Shown: positions 1 to 10,115, numbered from the stretch's first letter. The stretch is 35,777 nt of DNA from Candidatus Latescibacterota bacterium (GCA_965205655.1 CBDBIJ010000018.1:1-35777), one strand, 5' to 3'. A program made the numbers and translations. Notes: generated by a model not told the origin, from the sequence alone.

Positions 1-266
1 TCGTTGCTGTCATTGGCGTCCTCGTACCCGCAGGCGATCTGGAAGACGCGCTGCTTGATGAGGTCGGTATAGGTATGGTCGATATAGCTTTGATGTCGGC
101 GATCACACAACGCCCTTACGATTCGGTCTACGATCCCTATCTTGGATTCCGCCTGCCGCAGGAGCAGGGCGCCCCCATCGCTGGTCGTCGTGCCGCCGTC
201 AAAATCGGCTTCGATCTTCCTGCCCGAGATGCTTGCAAAGGATAACGTGATCTGCGACCTTTCCAT
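1..266 (-). CDS. IS1380-family transposase, 5' part (runs off window)
   Basis: Manual translation MERSQITLSFASISGRKIEADFDGGTTTSDGGALLL...DRRHQSYIDHTYTDLIKQRVFQIACGYEDANDSN; FDGG-x2-TSDGG and QR-x3-IACGYEDxND are IS1380 N-terminal motifs; GAGAGG RBS upstream. Not in the supplied ORF track. Confidence 0.9.
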   Translation of the reverse strand, partial: MERSQITLSFASISGRKIEADFDGGTTTSDGGALLLRQAESKIGIVDRIVRALCDRRHQSYIDHTYTDLIKQRVFQIACGYEDANDSN

Positions 267-367
267 CGCGGTGTCCTCTCAAATGGTTGTTGTTTGTGTC
301 CAACCCTAACTCAGGGCGAAACAACCAGTTGTACAAGAGGTCACCGCATTTTTATGAATAATTCAGG
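1..367 (-). mobile_element. IS1380-family insertion sequence, left part (continues outside window)
   Basis: Transposase N-terminus on minus strand; minus-strand end CCTGAATTATTCATAAAA (350-367) resembles IS1380-family terminal IRs. Other end not visible. Confidence 0.8.
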
Positions 368-613
368 CTAATGTGGTCTCGAAACGGCTCGATCGAACAG
401 GTGTTGTCGAGGTTGCTGCTCTTCCGCCATCCACCCGTTGTGCTGGCGCCAGGTTCCGCCTTCGGGGTGCTTGCCGATCACTCTGTGGACGTGGTGGTGC
501 TCGCTCTCGCCGTCGCTGATGAGTTCGTCCAGGTTTCTGCTCGCCTTTTTTCTCCAGAACATCACGACGAGCGCCAGAAGCATCAGGTAGAGAGCAGGGC
601 CGAAATATTGCAT
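368..613 (-). CDS. Possible small membrane-anchored hypothetical protein (81 aa)
   Basis: N-terminal hydrophobic helix (ALYLMLLALVVMFW) followed by RKK; stop codon abuts the IS1380 end; weak RBS. Confidence 0.4.
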   Translation of the reverse strand: MQYFGPALYLMLLALVVMFWRKKASRNLDELISDGESEHHHVHRVIGKHPEGGTWRQHNGWMAEEQQPRQHLFDRAVSRPH

Positions 614-717
614 ATCGTCTATTCCAGATTTGATCCTGTGGACCGAACACTAGCTCAGCCGATCCATGCCTGCTATTCTGCGCACGATTCAATTCGGAGT
701 CAAACAGTGGTCGGCGG

Positions 718-2295
718 TCAGCGCGGAGGAGCTTCCTCCGACGATTCGAGCCAGTAGGAGTAGAGAGAGGCGTGGCGCAGCTTGAACCGCAACCTTACCG
801 GCCGGTATCGATGTGCCTTCAAGTCACCTGATTCCCATTGAACCGGGTAGCGGACCTGGTCACCCTCGATTTGCCTGGAACGGGCAACCACCTCACCATC
901 TGCGTCTTCGATTTCGACTGTCAGGGCGCCCTGCGCGGCGTCGACGTTGACGTAGAGCCAGGGGCTGTTGAGGACGAACGTATCGGTGGCCACTGAGCCC
1001 TCGTCGGCGCCGGCATCCAGAGACATGAAACCGTCCCGGCGCAATGTTGCCAGATTGATCGCTGCCCTCTTGTCGTCGGCATCCTCAGGCGTCTTGCGGT
1101 ACTTTAATCCGGTGTAATAAAACCACAGTGCGCCATCGATCAACACGGGTTTCGTAGGTGGCATGATCTGGGCCAGATCGTAGGCGCCGGAGCCCGTTTC
1201 CGAAGGGCCGATGAAGGGTTGGCGATCTCCGAGGCGGATCCATTGACGCAGGTCGCGGCTGCAGAGGAGCTGGACGTGATGAAAACCGTCTGAGTTTTCA
1301 CCTTCTACATCGCCGGTGTGATAGAAGAAGGCGGCCATGCCGATGTAGAGGCTCTCGTATCGAGACACGGCCATATTGTAGACGTCGACCATGTACTCGG
1401 CGGGCACGTTGTGCAGTGGTTGATGGAGCTTCGGATTGGCCAGATGATCGGCTATCACCTGTCTGGCGAGTTCCTGATCTTTTTCGTCTGCATGGAAGAC
1501 GAGGTCTGGACCGGTCCAGTTTTCGAAATCGTGGCTCGTGGCGAGGGCGATCGAGCGGCCATACGGACCCATCTCACCTTCCTTCACCGTCGCCAGATAC
1601 TTTCCGGTTACCTCGTCGTAGCTCAGGTTGCCTTCATCGGCTGAAGGCAGGCTGCAGCCTTCCAGTCTGCGCCAGTGAATGCCGTCGGCGCTCACTGTCA
1701 TATCGCGGGTTTGATATGTTCCCCAGCCGACATACCGCTCGGCGGGGTCAGCGTCGCGCCGCTCTTCGACATTGATCACCCAACTCAACTGGTAGACGGA
1801 GGGGTCGTTCAGTACATGTCCCTCCGGATAGGCGAGTCTCCACGGGTTGTGCTCGAGGCGCCAGTGTGCCTCCGTCGGGCTCACCACACGCTCGCTCGCA
1901 CCTCGCAGCCTCAGGCTCTTGTATCGCCGCGAGGGATCGGAGTCGTACGGGTCGTAAATGACCTGCTCCCCGCACATGGCCGAGACCATGCTGTTGTCGA
2001 GCGAATTTCTGTGCTCGAGGCAGCGCAGAACGGGTCTGTCCCAACGAAGGCCGTCCGAGCTTTCGGCGTAGGACATGCCACCCTCGTCGAGAATCCAAAG
2101 CTTGAAGCATCGATCCTCGGGAACCCACGCAGGAGCGCAACGAACCTGAATGGCGCCGGCGCCCTCAGGTTCAATGACGGCGCCCTTTTTCTCCGGTTGA
2201 TGGAGCGTGTGGGTCAGGCTCTTGCGGTCGGTGGTATTGGCGAGATCGAGAAAGAGTTGACGCTCGCCGACGGGAACTGCGAATGATGTGGACAT
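718..2295 (-). CDS. Uncharacterised beta-propeller glycoside-hydrolase-like protein (GH32/43/130-like fold plus C-terminal beta-sandwich)
   Basis: 525 aa; repeated S-x-D-G-x-x-W blade motifs (ESSDGLRW, SADGIHW, TSHDFENW, SRDLRQW), LWFYYTG, LRRDGFMS; GGAG RBS; last gene of a minus-strand operon. Confidence 0.75.
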   Translation of the reverse strand: MSTSFAVPVGERQLFLDLANTTDRKSLTHTLHQPEKKGAVIEPEGAGAIQVRCAPAWVPEDRCFKLWILDEGGMSYAESSDGLRWDRPVLRCLEHRNSLDNSMVSAMCGEQVIYDPYDSDPSRRYKSLRLRGASERVVSPTEAHWRLEHNPWRLAYPEGHVLNDPSVYQLSWVINVEERRDADPAERYVGWGTYQTRDMTVSADGIHWRRLEGCSLPSADEGNLSYDEVTGKYLATVKEGEMGPYGRSIALATSHDFENWTGPDLVFHADEKDQELARQVIADHLANPKLHQPLHNVPAEYMVDVYNMAVSRYESLYIGMAAFFYHTGDVEGENSDGFHHVQLLCSRDLRQWIRLGDRQPFIGPSETGSGAYDLAQIMPPTKPVLIDGALWFYYTGLKYRKTPEDADDKRAAINLATLRRDGFMSLDAGADEGSVATDTFVLNSPWLYVNVDAAQGALTVEIEDADGEVVARSRQIEGDQVRYPVQWESGDLKAHRYRPVRLRFKLRHASLYSYWLESSEEAPPR

Positions 2296-2324
2296 GGTAT
2301 CTGCTACTCCCGGTTGGTGGCCAT

Positions 2325-3359
2325 CTATACGAACGCCAGCAGCCGCGCCGGGTTGCGCACGAGCATGGCGTCGATATGGTCATCGGTAAAGCCCCGCCGC
2401 CGCATCATAGGCAGGATATTCCGATAGATGTGGCCGTAACCGTGGCCACCGAACTCCATCTGACGCGTTCGCTGGCAGATATCGTGGGCGATGACGATCT
2501 GATCCACATGGCCGCGGTCGATGAGGGCCATGATCGCCGTGAGACGACAGCCGTCGCTCGACAAATCGAGGTCGCTACCGTGGGCAAAGCGCGACGTCTC
2601 CCATCCAAACGTATCGAACTCCAGCGTCAGACCGGAATCGGCCAGGCGGAGAATGCTGTCGATCTCGAACAGCCGGCGGTCGATGTGGTCCATGATGGTG
2701 TGCGGCAGATCGGCGCCGGCCTGGGCAATAAAGTCCAGAATCTCAAAGGGGGCCTCCGGGTTGCGACCGGGATGGATTGTCAGGGCCGCGCCCGTCTGTT
2801 GCTGGGCGATCACGGCCGCCTGCATCGAGCGGCGCTCGGCGGGGGCCCACGGCCAGGAGCATCCGATCTCGCCGATGATCCCGGCGCGATGCCCCGAGTC
2901 GGCGTCGCCTTCGTCGATCTCCTCCACGATGTCGACGACCAGATCATCCACGTTTCTCTCGAGGTCGTCCGCATCCATGAATTCTTCCAGGTAGCGACCG
3001 CAGCCGCGTACTATGTGCGCGCCGCTGCGGCGGGACACGTCGACGAGGCCTTCAGGGTCGAGGATCATCGGGAGGGTACTCACTTCGACGACCGAATGTC
3101 CGCCGTCGGTCACCATCTGCCGCATCTCGCGGACGCCGACCTCGCGGTCGAGCATGCGGCGATTACCCGGCGCATCGTGCCAGTCGTAGTTCGTTTGCCA
3201 GACGTTCTGGAGCGTGATGGGCGCGGCCGCGTCCGCGGCCGCCCGGGCCGCCGGCGGGGTGAAGTCGACGACGACGTGCTCGTGCATCAGCGTCGGCCCC
3301 AGGTCGGACGGTCCGATCACCCCCGTGACGGTCTGAATTCTGCCGCGACGATCGAGCAC
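2325..3359 (-). CDS. Phosphotriesterase-family amidohydrolase, PTER/Php-like
   Basis: IQTVTG start motif, HEH, GIIGEIG (bridging Glu), TIHPG, MDHID, AHD metal ligands and NPARLL end. GTG start at 3359 inferred (ORF track extends to 3464, overlapping the upstream gene). Confidence 0.9.
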   Translation of the reverse strand: MLDRRGRIQTVTGVIGPSDLGPTLMHEHVVVDFTPPAARAAADAAAPITLQNVWQTNYDWHDAPGNRRMLDREVGVREMRQMVTDGGHSVVEVSTLPMILDPEGLVDVSRRSGAHIVRGCGRYLEEFMDADDLERNVDDLVVDIVEEIDEGDADSGHRAGIIGEIGCSWPWAPAERRSMQAAVIAQQQTGAALTIHPGRNPEAPFEILDFIAQAGADLPHTIMDHIDRRLFEIDSILRLADSGLTLEFDTFGWETSRFAHGSDLDLSSDGCRLTAIMALIDRGHVDQIVIAHDICQRTRQMEFGGHGYGHIYRNILPMMRRRGFTDDHIDAMLVRNPARLLAFV

Positions 3360-3363
3360 AATG

Positions 3364-4653
3364 TTACGGCGATCTGGCCACCAAGCTCGCGCAAACCAGC
3401 TCGTTGTCGTTGCGGGCAAAGATGTGGCGGTAGGCGAATGCCGGGTGTGACCACACGACGCCACCCCGTTGATTGAGCTGATCGAGAGTCGGATCGATCA
3501 GGTGCGCCGCGCTGTGAACGATAGCGCCTTGTGGTGTGAGACTGGTGATCAGCAGCTTGCCGCGCTCGTTGAGGATCCACACGCGTTCACCGTTGCGCAC
3601 GAGATGGGCCGTTGCCCAGCGCGCCCGCGGCACGATCTCGAGATTCTCCCAGACGCGATCGCCGGTGGCGGCGTTCAGACTCCGAAACTCTCCGTAGCTG
3701 TCGACCCCGTAGATGTGGTCGCCGATGATGACGGGCGTGGTGATGGTCGAGTGGAGACCGTCGGTCTGCAGTTCCGAAGAGCCGGCGCGACGCCAGATCT
3801 TTTCCACGGCGAGGCGGTCGGACAGCAGCCGCAGCATCAGCGAGCCGTCGAAGAAGCTGGTGAGGAAGAGCTTGTTGCCATCGACGACGGGTGAGGCGAT
3901 CGCGATGACCATTTCCTTTGGAGGGTGCGGGTATTTCCAGTGTACCTGGCCATTGTCGGGATCGAGCCCGACAACGTGGTCGCCCGTCCAGCATACCAGG
4001 ACCTTTTGGCCACTCTGCTCAACGATCACCGGCGTGGAGTAGGAGGCCTGATCGTCGAGCGCCTTCCACCTCTCCTGGCCGGTGCGGCGATCGAAGGCGA
4101 CGAGGCACGCAGAGGCGCCGCCGATCTGCACGATCACCAGGTCTCCAATGATGACGGGCGAGGCGGAGATGCCCCAGATCGGCATGCGGATTCCGTATTC
4201 TTCCAACAGGTCTTTACGCCAGACGGTCCGGCCCGATGCGGCATCGAGGCAGTGAAGGTCGCCCATGCTACCGAGGGCGTAGGCCAGACCATCGCGAATG
4301 GCCACGCAAGCGCGAGGGCCGGCGGGGAAGTCGACGTTCCGATAGGCGCGCTCGTATTCGTGCGACCACAGTCGCTCTCCGGTCTGCCACGCGAAGCAGT
4401 GAACGCGTTCGATCTGGGTTGGGCTCGCGACGCGGTCCATCACATAGACGCGGCCGTCTGCCACAGTGGGCCCACTGTAGCCACTGGAGATGTCGACTCG
4501 CCAGCGCAGGGGGAGGGATGGATCGGGCAGGTCGCTGACGATCCCCTGCTCACGCCACACGCCGTCGCCCGTGGGGCCGCGCCATTGCGGCCACTCGTCG
4601 GCCGCCGTCATGGTCGCGGTCAGCGCGATCGCCACTGCTGCTGCTGGTATCAT
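3364..4653 (-). CDS. PQQ-binding-like (BamB-type) beta-propeller repeat protein, secreted
   Basis: Signal peptide then DEWPQWRGP; repeated A-x-D-x-x-T-G-x-x-x-W motifs; WSHPAFA C-terminal motif. Confidence 0.85.
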   Translation of the reverse strand: MIPAAAVAIALTATMTAADEWPQWRGPTGDGVWREQGIVSDLPDPSLPLRWRVDISSGYSGPTVADGRVYVMDRVASPTQIERVHCFAWQTGERLWSHEYERAYRNVDFPAGPRACVAIRDGLAYALGSMGDLHCLDAASGRTVWRKDLLEEYGIRMPIWGISASPVIIGDLVIVQIGGASACLVAFDRRTGQERWKALDDQASYSTPVIVEQSGQKVLVCWTGDHVVGLDPDNGQVHWKYPHPPKEMVIAIASPVVDGNKLFLTSFFDGSLMLRLLSDRLAVEKIWRRAGSSELQTDGLHSTITTPVIIGDHIYGVDSYGEFRSLNAATGDRVWENLEIVPRARWATAHLVRNGERVWILNERGKLLITSLTPQGAIVHSAAHLIDPTLDQLNQRGGVVWSHPAFAYRHIFARNDNELVCASLVARSP

Positions 4654-4866
4654 TTATTGCCGGCTGAAAATCGGTGCGCGCTCTGTGCTCAGTGTGTGAA
4701 TTCCATTCTGACAGGTAACGATAGACGTCGTTGCGGAGAGGGTCAATCTTAGAGAGTCAATGGATCGTTGCTCCGAAAATGGGGAGTGGCTAATATGAGC
4801 GAGGAAAGGGGCGCGTGCGGCAGCTGCCAGGGGCAAAAGCCGACGGGCGAACCGGCAAGGTACTGA

Positions 4867-5601
4867 ATGAAGCTTGAAGGTAAGGTGGCCGTCGTGACTG
4901 GCGGCGGGAAGGCGCTCGCGTCGTGCTGGCCCAACGAGATCGGGAGAGCGGCGAGCGAACTCGGCGCGAGGTTGAAGAGGAGGGTGGCTCCGCGCTCTAC
5001 GTGCAGACCGACGTCTCCCAGCGCGATCAGGTCCAGCGATTGATCGATGCGACCGTCGACCAGTGCGGCGCCGTCGATGTAATCGTAAACAACGCCGGAA
5101 TCACGCGAGTCACCGCGCACCTCCTCGAGATGACCCAGGAGATCTGGGATCAGATAATCTCAGTCAATCAAACCGGCGTTTTCATCTGCGCACAGGAGGC
5201 CGCCAAGGTGATGGCCCGAACCGGCGGCGGCGCCATTCTGAACATATCATCCGTAAACGCGTTCCTGCCGCAACCTGGCGCCTTTGCGTACGGTGCGGCA
5301 AAGGGAGCAATCGAGGCGATGACGAAGAGTATGGCCAACGACCTTGTCTCCTACGGAATTTCGCGTCAACGCGATCGCGCCCGGCCCTATAGACGTCGAC
5401 CTGCCCGACGACGCCCCCGCCGGACCCATCGACATGGCCCTTATGGGACGTTCCGGGCTGCCTGCCGAAGTGGCCGCCGCCGCCCTCTTTCTCTGTTCCG
5501 ACGAAGGCAGCTACGTTACCGGTCATACACTCGTGGTGGACGGCGGCACTCTGGCAAACGCCTACAACGTCTACGCCGCTCAACGTCCGGACACTCCATG
5601 A
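4867..5601 (+). pseudogene. SDR-family oxidoreductase, disrupted (deletion near 4910, frameshift near 5360)
   Basis: MKLEGKVAVVTGGGK start, then another frame gives GARVVLA...VNNAG...NISS...YGAAK; third frame gives RVNAIAPG...YVTGHTLVVDGG. Confidence 0.85.
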
Positions 5602-7072
5602 TCGACATCGGTTCCCGCAAGCAGCTGTTCATCGACGACCGTTTCATCGAATCCCAGTCCGGCATCACCTTGTCGATGAACACGCCGGTGCAGCACCCCG
5701 AGCCCGTTCTGGTCGCAGATAAGCCCTGGGAGGAACTGGGCATCGGCGGCTACAACACCGTGTGGCGCGAACCGGAAGACGGTCGCTTTCGCCTGTGGTA
5801 CCACGCCAGTTTAGTGGGTGGTCTACCCTCCGAAGGCGCGCAGCGTGTAGCCTACGCCGAGTCGGAGGATGGCATCCATTGGGTGAAGCCAGAACTCGGC
5901 CTCATCACATTTCGAGGGTCGCGAGACAACAACATCGTGGGGCCCCTTCAAGAGCGGCAGAGCATGCAGGGGGCGACGGTGCTTCGCGATGACCGCGCGC
6001 CGGCTGCAGAGCGCTACAAACTCTGGAGCAAGTACCGTCCTACCGATGCAGAGATAGCCGACGGCGCCGAAGAGGGCCTGTGGGCCATGCACTCGGAAGA
6101 CGGTATCCACTGGCATGTCTATCCCTGCCAGCCGAATCCCGATGTCATGTGCGACACTCAGAACATGCTGTTCTGGGATGAGGGTCTTGAGCTCTATGTC
6201 GGCTACACGAGAGTCAAGGAGACGCAGATCCTGGAGGAAGCGGCAAAGGCCGGCATTGCCGGCCGGTATCGCAGCATCGGCAGGATCACTTCGCCGGATT
6301 TCAAGACCTGGACTCCGCTCGAGATAACTTTTGAAGCCGACGCGGAGGATCTCGCCATTCCCGTGCCGCACCAGCGTGATGATCCGCGACCGAATATCGA
6401 CATCTACACCAGCTGCGCCATGAAGTACACCGACGCTGAGGACGTGTACCTGATGTTCCCGTCCATGTTCTACCACTGGGGCGAGAACGAGTATCCCGCC
6501 ACGATGGACGTACAGCTGGCCACTAGCCGGGATGGCACCCACTGGCAGCGCCAGGGAGAGCGGCGGTCTTTTCTGCAGCTGGGGTTCGACGGCAGCGTAT
6601 CGAGCGCCATGGTCTTTGCGAACCCGTGGCTGATTCCGATGGGAGCAGAACTCTGGCTCTATTACACCGGTACGGCGCGATTCCATCAGAAGATTCCCGA
6701 CAGCGAGGAACGCGCCCTCAGGATGGAGAGCGGAATCTTCCGAGCCTCCCTGCGGATAGACGGGTTTGTTTCGGCCGACGCAGGCTACGGCGGCGGCGAG
6801 CTACGAACGCCCCTCATCGGCTTTGCCGGTGGTCGCCTCGAGCTCAACGTCGACGGGGGGCCGGCGGCTGGCTCAAGGTGGAGCTACAGGACGCCGATGG
6901 CTGTCCAATCGACGGATACAGTCTCGCGGACGCCGACACCGTGCGCGGCAACGGGCTGGACAAGACTGTCACATGGCGGGGGAGCAGCGAGGTAGGGGAA
7001 CTGGCCGGCAGACCGTTGAGAATTCGCCTCGTCATGCGCGCGATGAAGCTGTACGCGTTCCAATTCTGCTAG
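5598..7072 (+). CDS. Uncharacterised beta-propeller hydrolase-like protein, paralogue of 718-2295; one frameshift near 6858
   Basis: ATG overlaps SDR stop (ATGA); QLFIDD, YAESEDGIHW, LATSRDGTHW, LWLYYTG, LRIDGFVS; C-terminus GGWLKVELQDADG...KLYAFQFC continues in another frame after a G run. Confidence 0.75.
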
Positions 7073-7196
7073 CGCAAGCACCAGAATAGCAACGTGCGGT
7101 TGGTCCTCTATTCCTGATGGCAATCTCAATATAAGTTATGAACTACGAGGATGATATGAATTACCGGAATACAGCCAAGATGTCGCGAGTCGCATC

Positions 7197-8027
7197 GTGA
7201 CGACGACCACCTGGACTCCACTCGAGGCCACAACAGAGGAGATCCTGGCGCGCTACCCGCGGCCCCTGGAGGCGCTCGCCGGGGGCGAGGTACCCGCCTT
7301 CGTCCTGCGCGGCTCCTACCCGTCCGACCACTGCCGCGCCCTGATGGAGCGCTTCGGCGAGCGTGGCCTGCTCTACGACCCGCACACGACGGGCGACGGC
7401 GAGGCGCACCGCGTCGACATCGGCACGAGCTTCGGTTCCTACCACCGCGACCGTGAAGCGTTCTTCGCCCACTCGCAGCAGACCCACGAGCTGTTCGCGA
7501 CACTCTTTGACGGATACCGCGATCCAGTCCGCACGATGTACGAGGCGCTGGCGCAGCTGGCGCCGGACAAACACGTGATGACGGCGCGCGAGCCAGACGG
7601 CCGCCTGTACGGTCCTGCCATTTTTCGCATCTACCACGCGGAGATCGGTCACGGCCCCCACTACGACTCGGTGGCCAGGCGCACGCAGGCGTTCGACTAC
7701 GCCGTGACGCGATTCGAGCACCAGTTCGCCGGTGTGCTGTGCCTCCAGAACTCGGCGGTAGCGGGCGAAACAGGCGAGCCCTTCCTCTACAACTGTCCCG
7801 GGACGCCCGAGCTGCAGCCGCTCCTGGTGAGCAATACCTTCCAGGAGCACGTCGCCGAGAACGGGATCGAGCGCGTCCAGGTGCACCTCGAGCCTGGGGA
7901 TCTGTACTTCTTCTTCACGGAGAATGTCCACGAGGTGCCGCACGTGGTCGGCGACCGGCCGCGCGCGGTTCTGGCCATGTTCTTCGCCATGTCAGCCGAC
8001 GACGACGAGATCTTCGTATGGGCTTGA
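7197..8027 (+). CDS. 2OG-Fe(II) dioxygenase-superfamily protein
   Basis: H-x-D (PHYD) ... H (VHEV) ... R (RPR) facial-triad spacing and LEPGDLYFF strand. Confidence 0.7.
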   Translation: MTTTTWTPLEATTEEILARYPRPLEALAGGEVPAFVLRGSYPSDHCRALMERFGERGLLYDPHTTGDGEAHRVDIGTSFGSYHRDREAFFAHSQQTHELFATLFDGYRDPVRTMYEALAQLAPDKHVMTAREPDGRLYGPAIFRIYHAEIGHGPHYDSVARRTQAFDYAVTRFEHQFAGVLCLQNSAVAGETGEPFLYNCPGTPELQPLLVSNTFQEHVAENGIERVQVHLEPGDLYFFFTENVHEVPHVVGDRPRAVLAMFFAMSADDDEIFVWA

Positions 8028-8100
8028 GCATAGGAGCCTGTCCGAGTATCCCATTTGGACTGCGCTGGGCACGGCGGCCGACGCCGAACCGAGCGACCTG

Positions 8101-9525
8101 ATGGGAAGCCTGCGAGGCACCGTCCGCGACGCCACCTCGGGCGCCGTCGTCGCCGCCAGGGTCCGCGTCGTCACGCACACGGGCAGCTTCGTGCACCCTG
8201 CCGACAGCGTCCTCAAGGTGGGCTCGGGAGACGGGTTTTTCTACTGCTCCGGTGATTTCACTGTGTCGGTGCCGGGCGGCATGACTGACGTCATCGTCGA
8301 GCGCGGCACCGAGTACGAACCGCTCCACAGGTCGGTGTCGACGCCGGCCACGGACGCCACCGCAATCGACCTCGAGCTGCGCCGGTGGATCGATCTGCCG
8401 GCGCAGGGCTGGTATCCGGGCAACACCCACATCCACTACAACGAGCTGGAGACCCGGCCCGACGACCGCCTGCGCCTCGACCCAGAGGTCAACGACCTCA
8501 GCCTGATGGCGGTCAGCGTATTGCAGCGCGGCGAAATTCCGTACGCCACGAACAGGTATCCCCCCGGATTCCTCACCGACTTTTCCACCGATCACCGGCA
8601 GGTGATCTGCGGCGAGGAGACACGTCACAACTCGCGCTACGGCGGCGGCTACGGCCACGTAATGCTGTTGAACCTTCGCAACCTCGTCGAGCCGGTGAGC
8701 CGCGGCGACCTGGTCAGCGCCTTCGACCCCGACTACCCGCCCCTCTGTCACGCCTGCGACGATGCGCGCACTCAGGGCGGACTCGTGATCTGGTGCCACA
8801 ACGGCCGCGGCATGGAGGCGCCCGTCGCCGCCGTGCTGGGCAAACTCGACGCCTTCAACCTGTTCGACCCCTGCTGGAAGTCGCTGGAATACGAGGTATG
8901 GTACCATTTGCTCAATTGCGGCATCAGGCTGCCGGCGTCGACGGGCTCGGACTGGTACATCTGCTCCAACAACCGCGTCTACGTCGACACCCGGCAAGCC
9001 TTCACCCACAGGAGCTGGATGGAGGGGTTGCGCGACGGGCGCACTTTCATCACCAACGGTCCGAGCCTGTTGTTCCGCGTGGACGGGGAAGGGCCGGGCT
9101 CTCGACTGGAGTCAGGACGGCTCGCCGTGGACCTGGCCTGGAGGTCGCACCTCCCTCTCACGCATGTGGAGATCGTCGCCGACGGACGAGTCGTCCAGCG
9201 GCGGGACCTGCAGGGCCTGGAGGCGAACGAGGGTGAGTGGCAGGTCGACGTGGACGTGGAGGCCGACGGGTGGCTGGCGGCGCGGGCTCAGGGTGTGGCC
9301 CGCGACAGCTTCTGTCACCCGGTGTACGCCCATGCCAGCCCCGTGTATATCGGCGGCGGCCTGCCTGCCGTGGCGGCGGCGGCGTCAGCCCGATACTTCA
9401 CCGATCGGATCGTGACCGCGATCGGCCACGTCACTGACTCGCTGCGCTTTACCACCGACGCCCAACGCCAGGAGGTGCTGCACCTGTTTAACGAGGGGCG
9501 TCGGGCCTTCGAATCGATCGCCTGA
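8101..9525 (+). CDS. CehA/McbA-family (PHP-like) metallohydrolase
   Basis: N-terminal beta-sandwich (VERGTEY), GNTHIH, GEE-x-RH, GHV, WCH, TGSD, GRTFITNGP, AHASPVY. Start may be TTG at 8024. Confidence 0.8.
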   Translation: MGSLRGTVRDATSGAVVAARVRVVTHTGSFVHPADSVLKVGSGDGFFYCSGDFTVSVPGGMTDVIVERGTEYEPLHRSVSTPATDATAIDLELRRWIDLPAQGWYPGNTHIHYNELETRPDDRLRLDPEVNDLSLMAVSVLQRGEIPYATNRYPPGFLTDFSTDHRQVICGEETRHNSRYGGGYGHVMLLNLRNLVEPVSRGDLVSAFDPDYPPLCHACDDARTQGGLVIWCHNGRGMEAPVAAVLGKLDAFNLFDPCWKSLEYEVWYHLLNCGIRLPASTGSDWYICSNNRVYVDTRQAFTHRSWMEGLRDGRTFITNGPSLLFRVDGEGPGSRLESGRLAVDLAWRSHLPLTHVEIVADGRVVQRRDLQGLEANEGEWQVDVDVEADGWLAARAQGVARDSFCHPVYAHASPVYIGGGLPAVAAAASARYFTDRIVTAIGHVTDSLRFTTDAQRQEVLHLFNEGRRAFESIA

Positions 9526-9552
9526 GCTCGCACGATAACGAAAGGACCATGA

Positions 9553-10115
9553 GTGTCAACGGAGCGGCAGGACCTGGCACTTGCGCCTGACGAAATACAG
9601 ACCAAGCGGAGAATCCCCTGGCACCGCACGCGGCTCGAGCGCGAGGTCCTCGCCGAGCTGAACCGCAAGAGCGACGCCACGAGTCTGCTGCAGACCCTCG
9701 GCTACCTGGGCGCGCTCGCACTCACCGGCGCCGCCGCCTGGAACGCCGCCCTGTCACTGGCGTGGCCCTGGTTCCTCCTGGCCCTGTTCGTGCACGGCAC
9801 GGGCTACGGCTTCATCATCAACGGTTTCCACGAGCTGTGCCACAGCTCCGTGTTCCGCACAAAGTGGCTCAACCAGCTCTTCCTGCACGTGTTCAGCTTT
9901 CTCGGCTGGTACACCCCGGCCACTTCTGGGCCAGCCACGCCGAGCACCACAAGTACACCCTCTACCCGCCGGAGGACGGCGAGGTCGTGCTGCCGACCTA
10001 CATGACGCTGAAGGGCTACCTCCGCGGCGCCATCGTCGACCGGCTGAATCGCCCGGACCGCGGGCAGCCAGGACTCCCGTCGACGAGATCGGCACCATGT
10101 ACCGGGTCGGTATAG
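9553..10115 (+). pseudogene. Fatty-acid-desaturase-family protein, frameshifted (~9913) and 3'-truncated
   Basis: Two TM helices, His box 1 HELCH, His box 2 HAEHH in shifted frame; no third His box; AAAGGA RBS. Confidence 0.75.

Noticed and set aside
2283..3476. Long antisense ORFs (also 3925-4752, 7915-9009, 13349-14377, 23662-24933, 26239-27144)
   Set aside because: Shadow ORFs opposite motif-supported genes, expected in high-GC DNA.
4923..6995. 690-aa ORF that looks like an SDR-propeller fusion
   Set aside because: Produced by the frameshift near 5360; the SDR ends at 5601 in another frame and the second gene has its own ATG at 5598.
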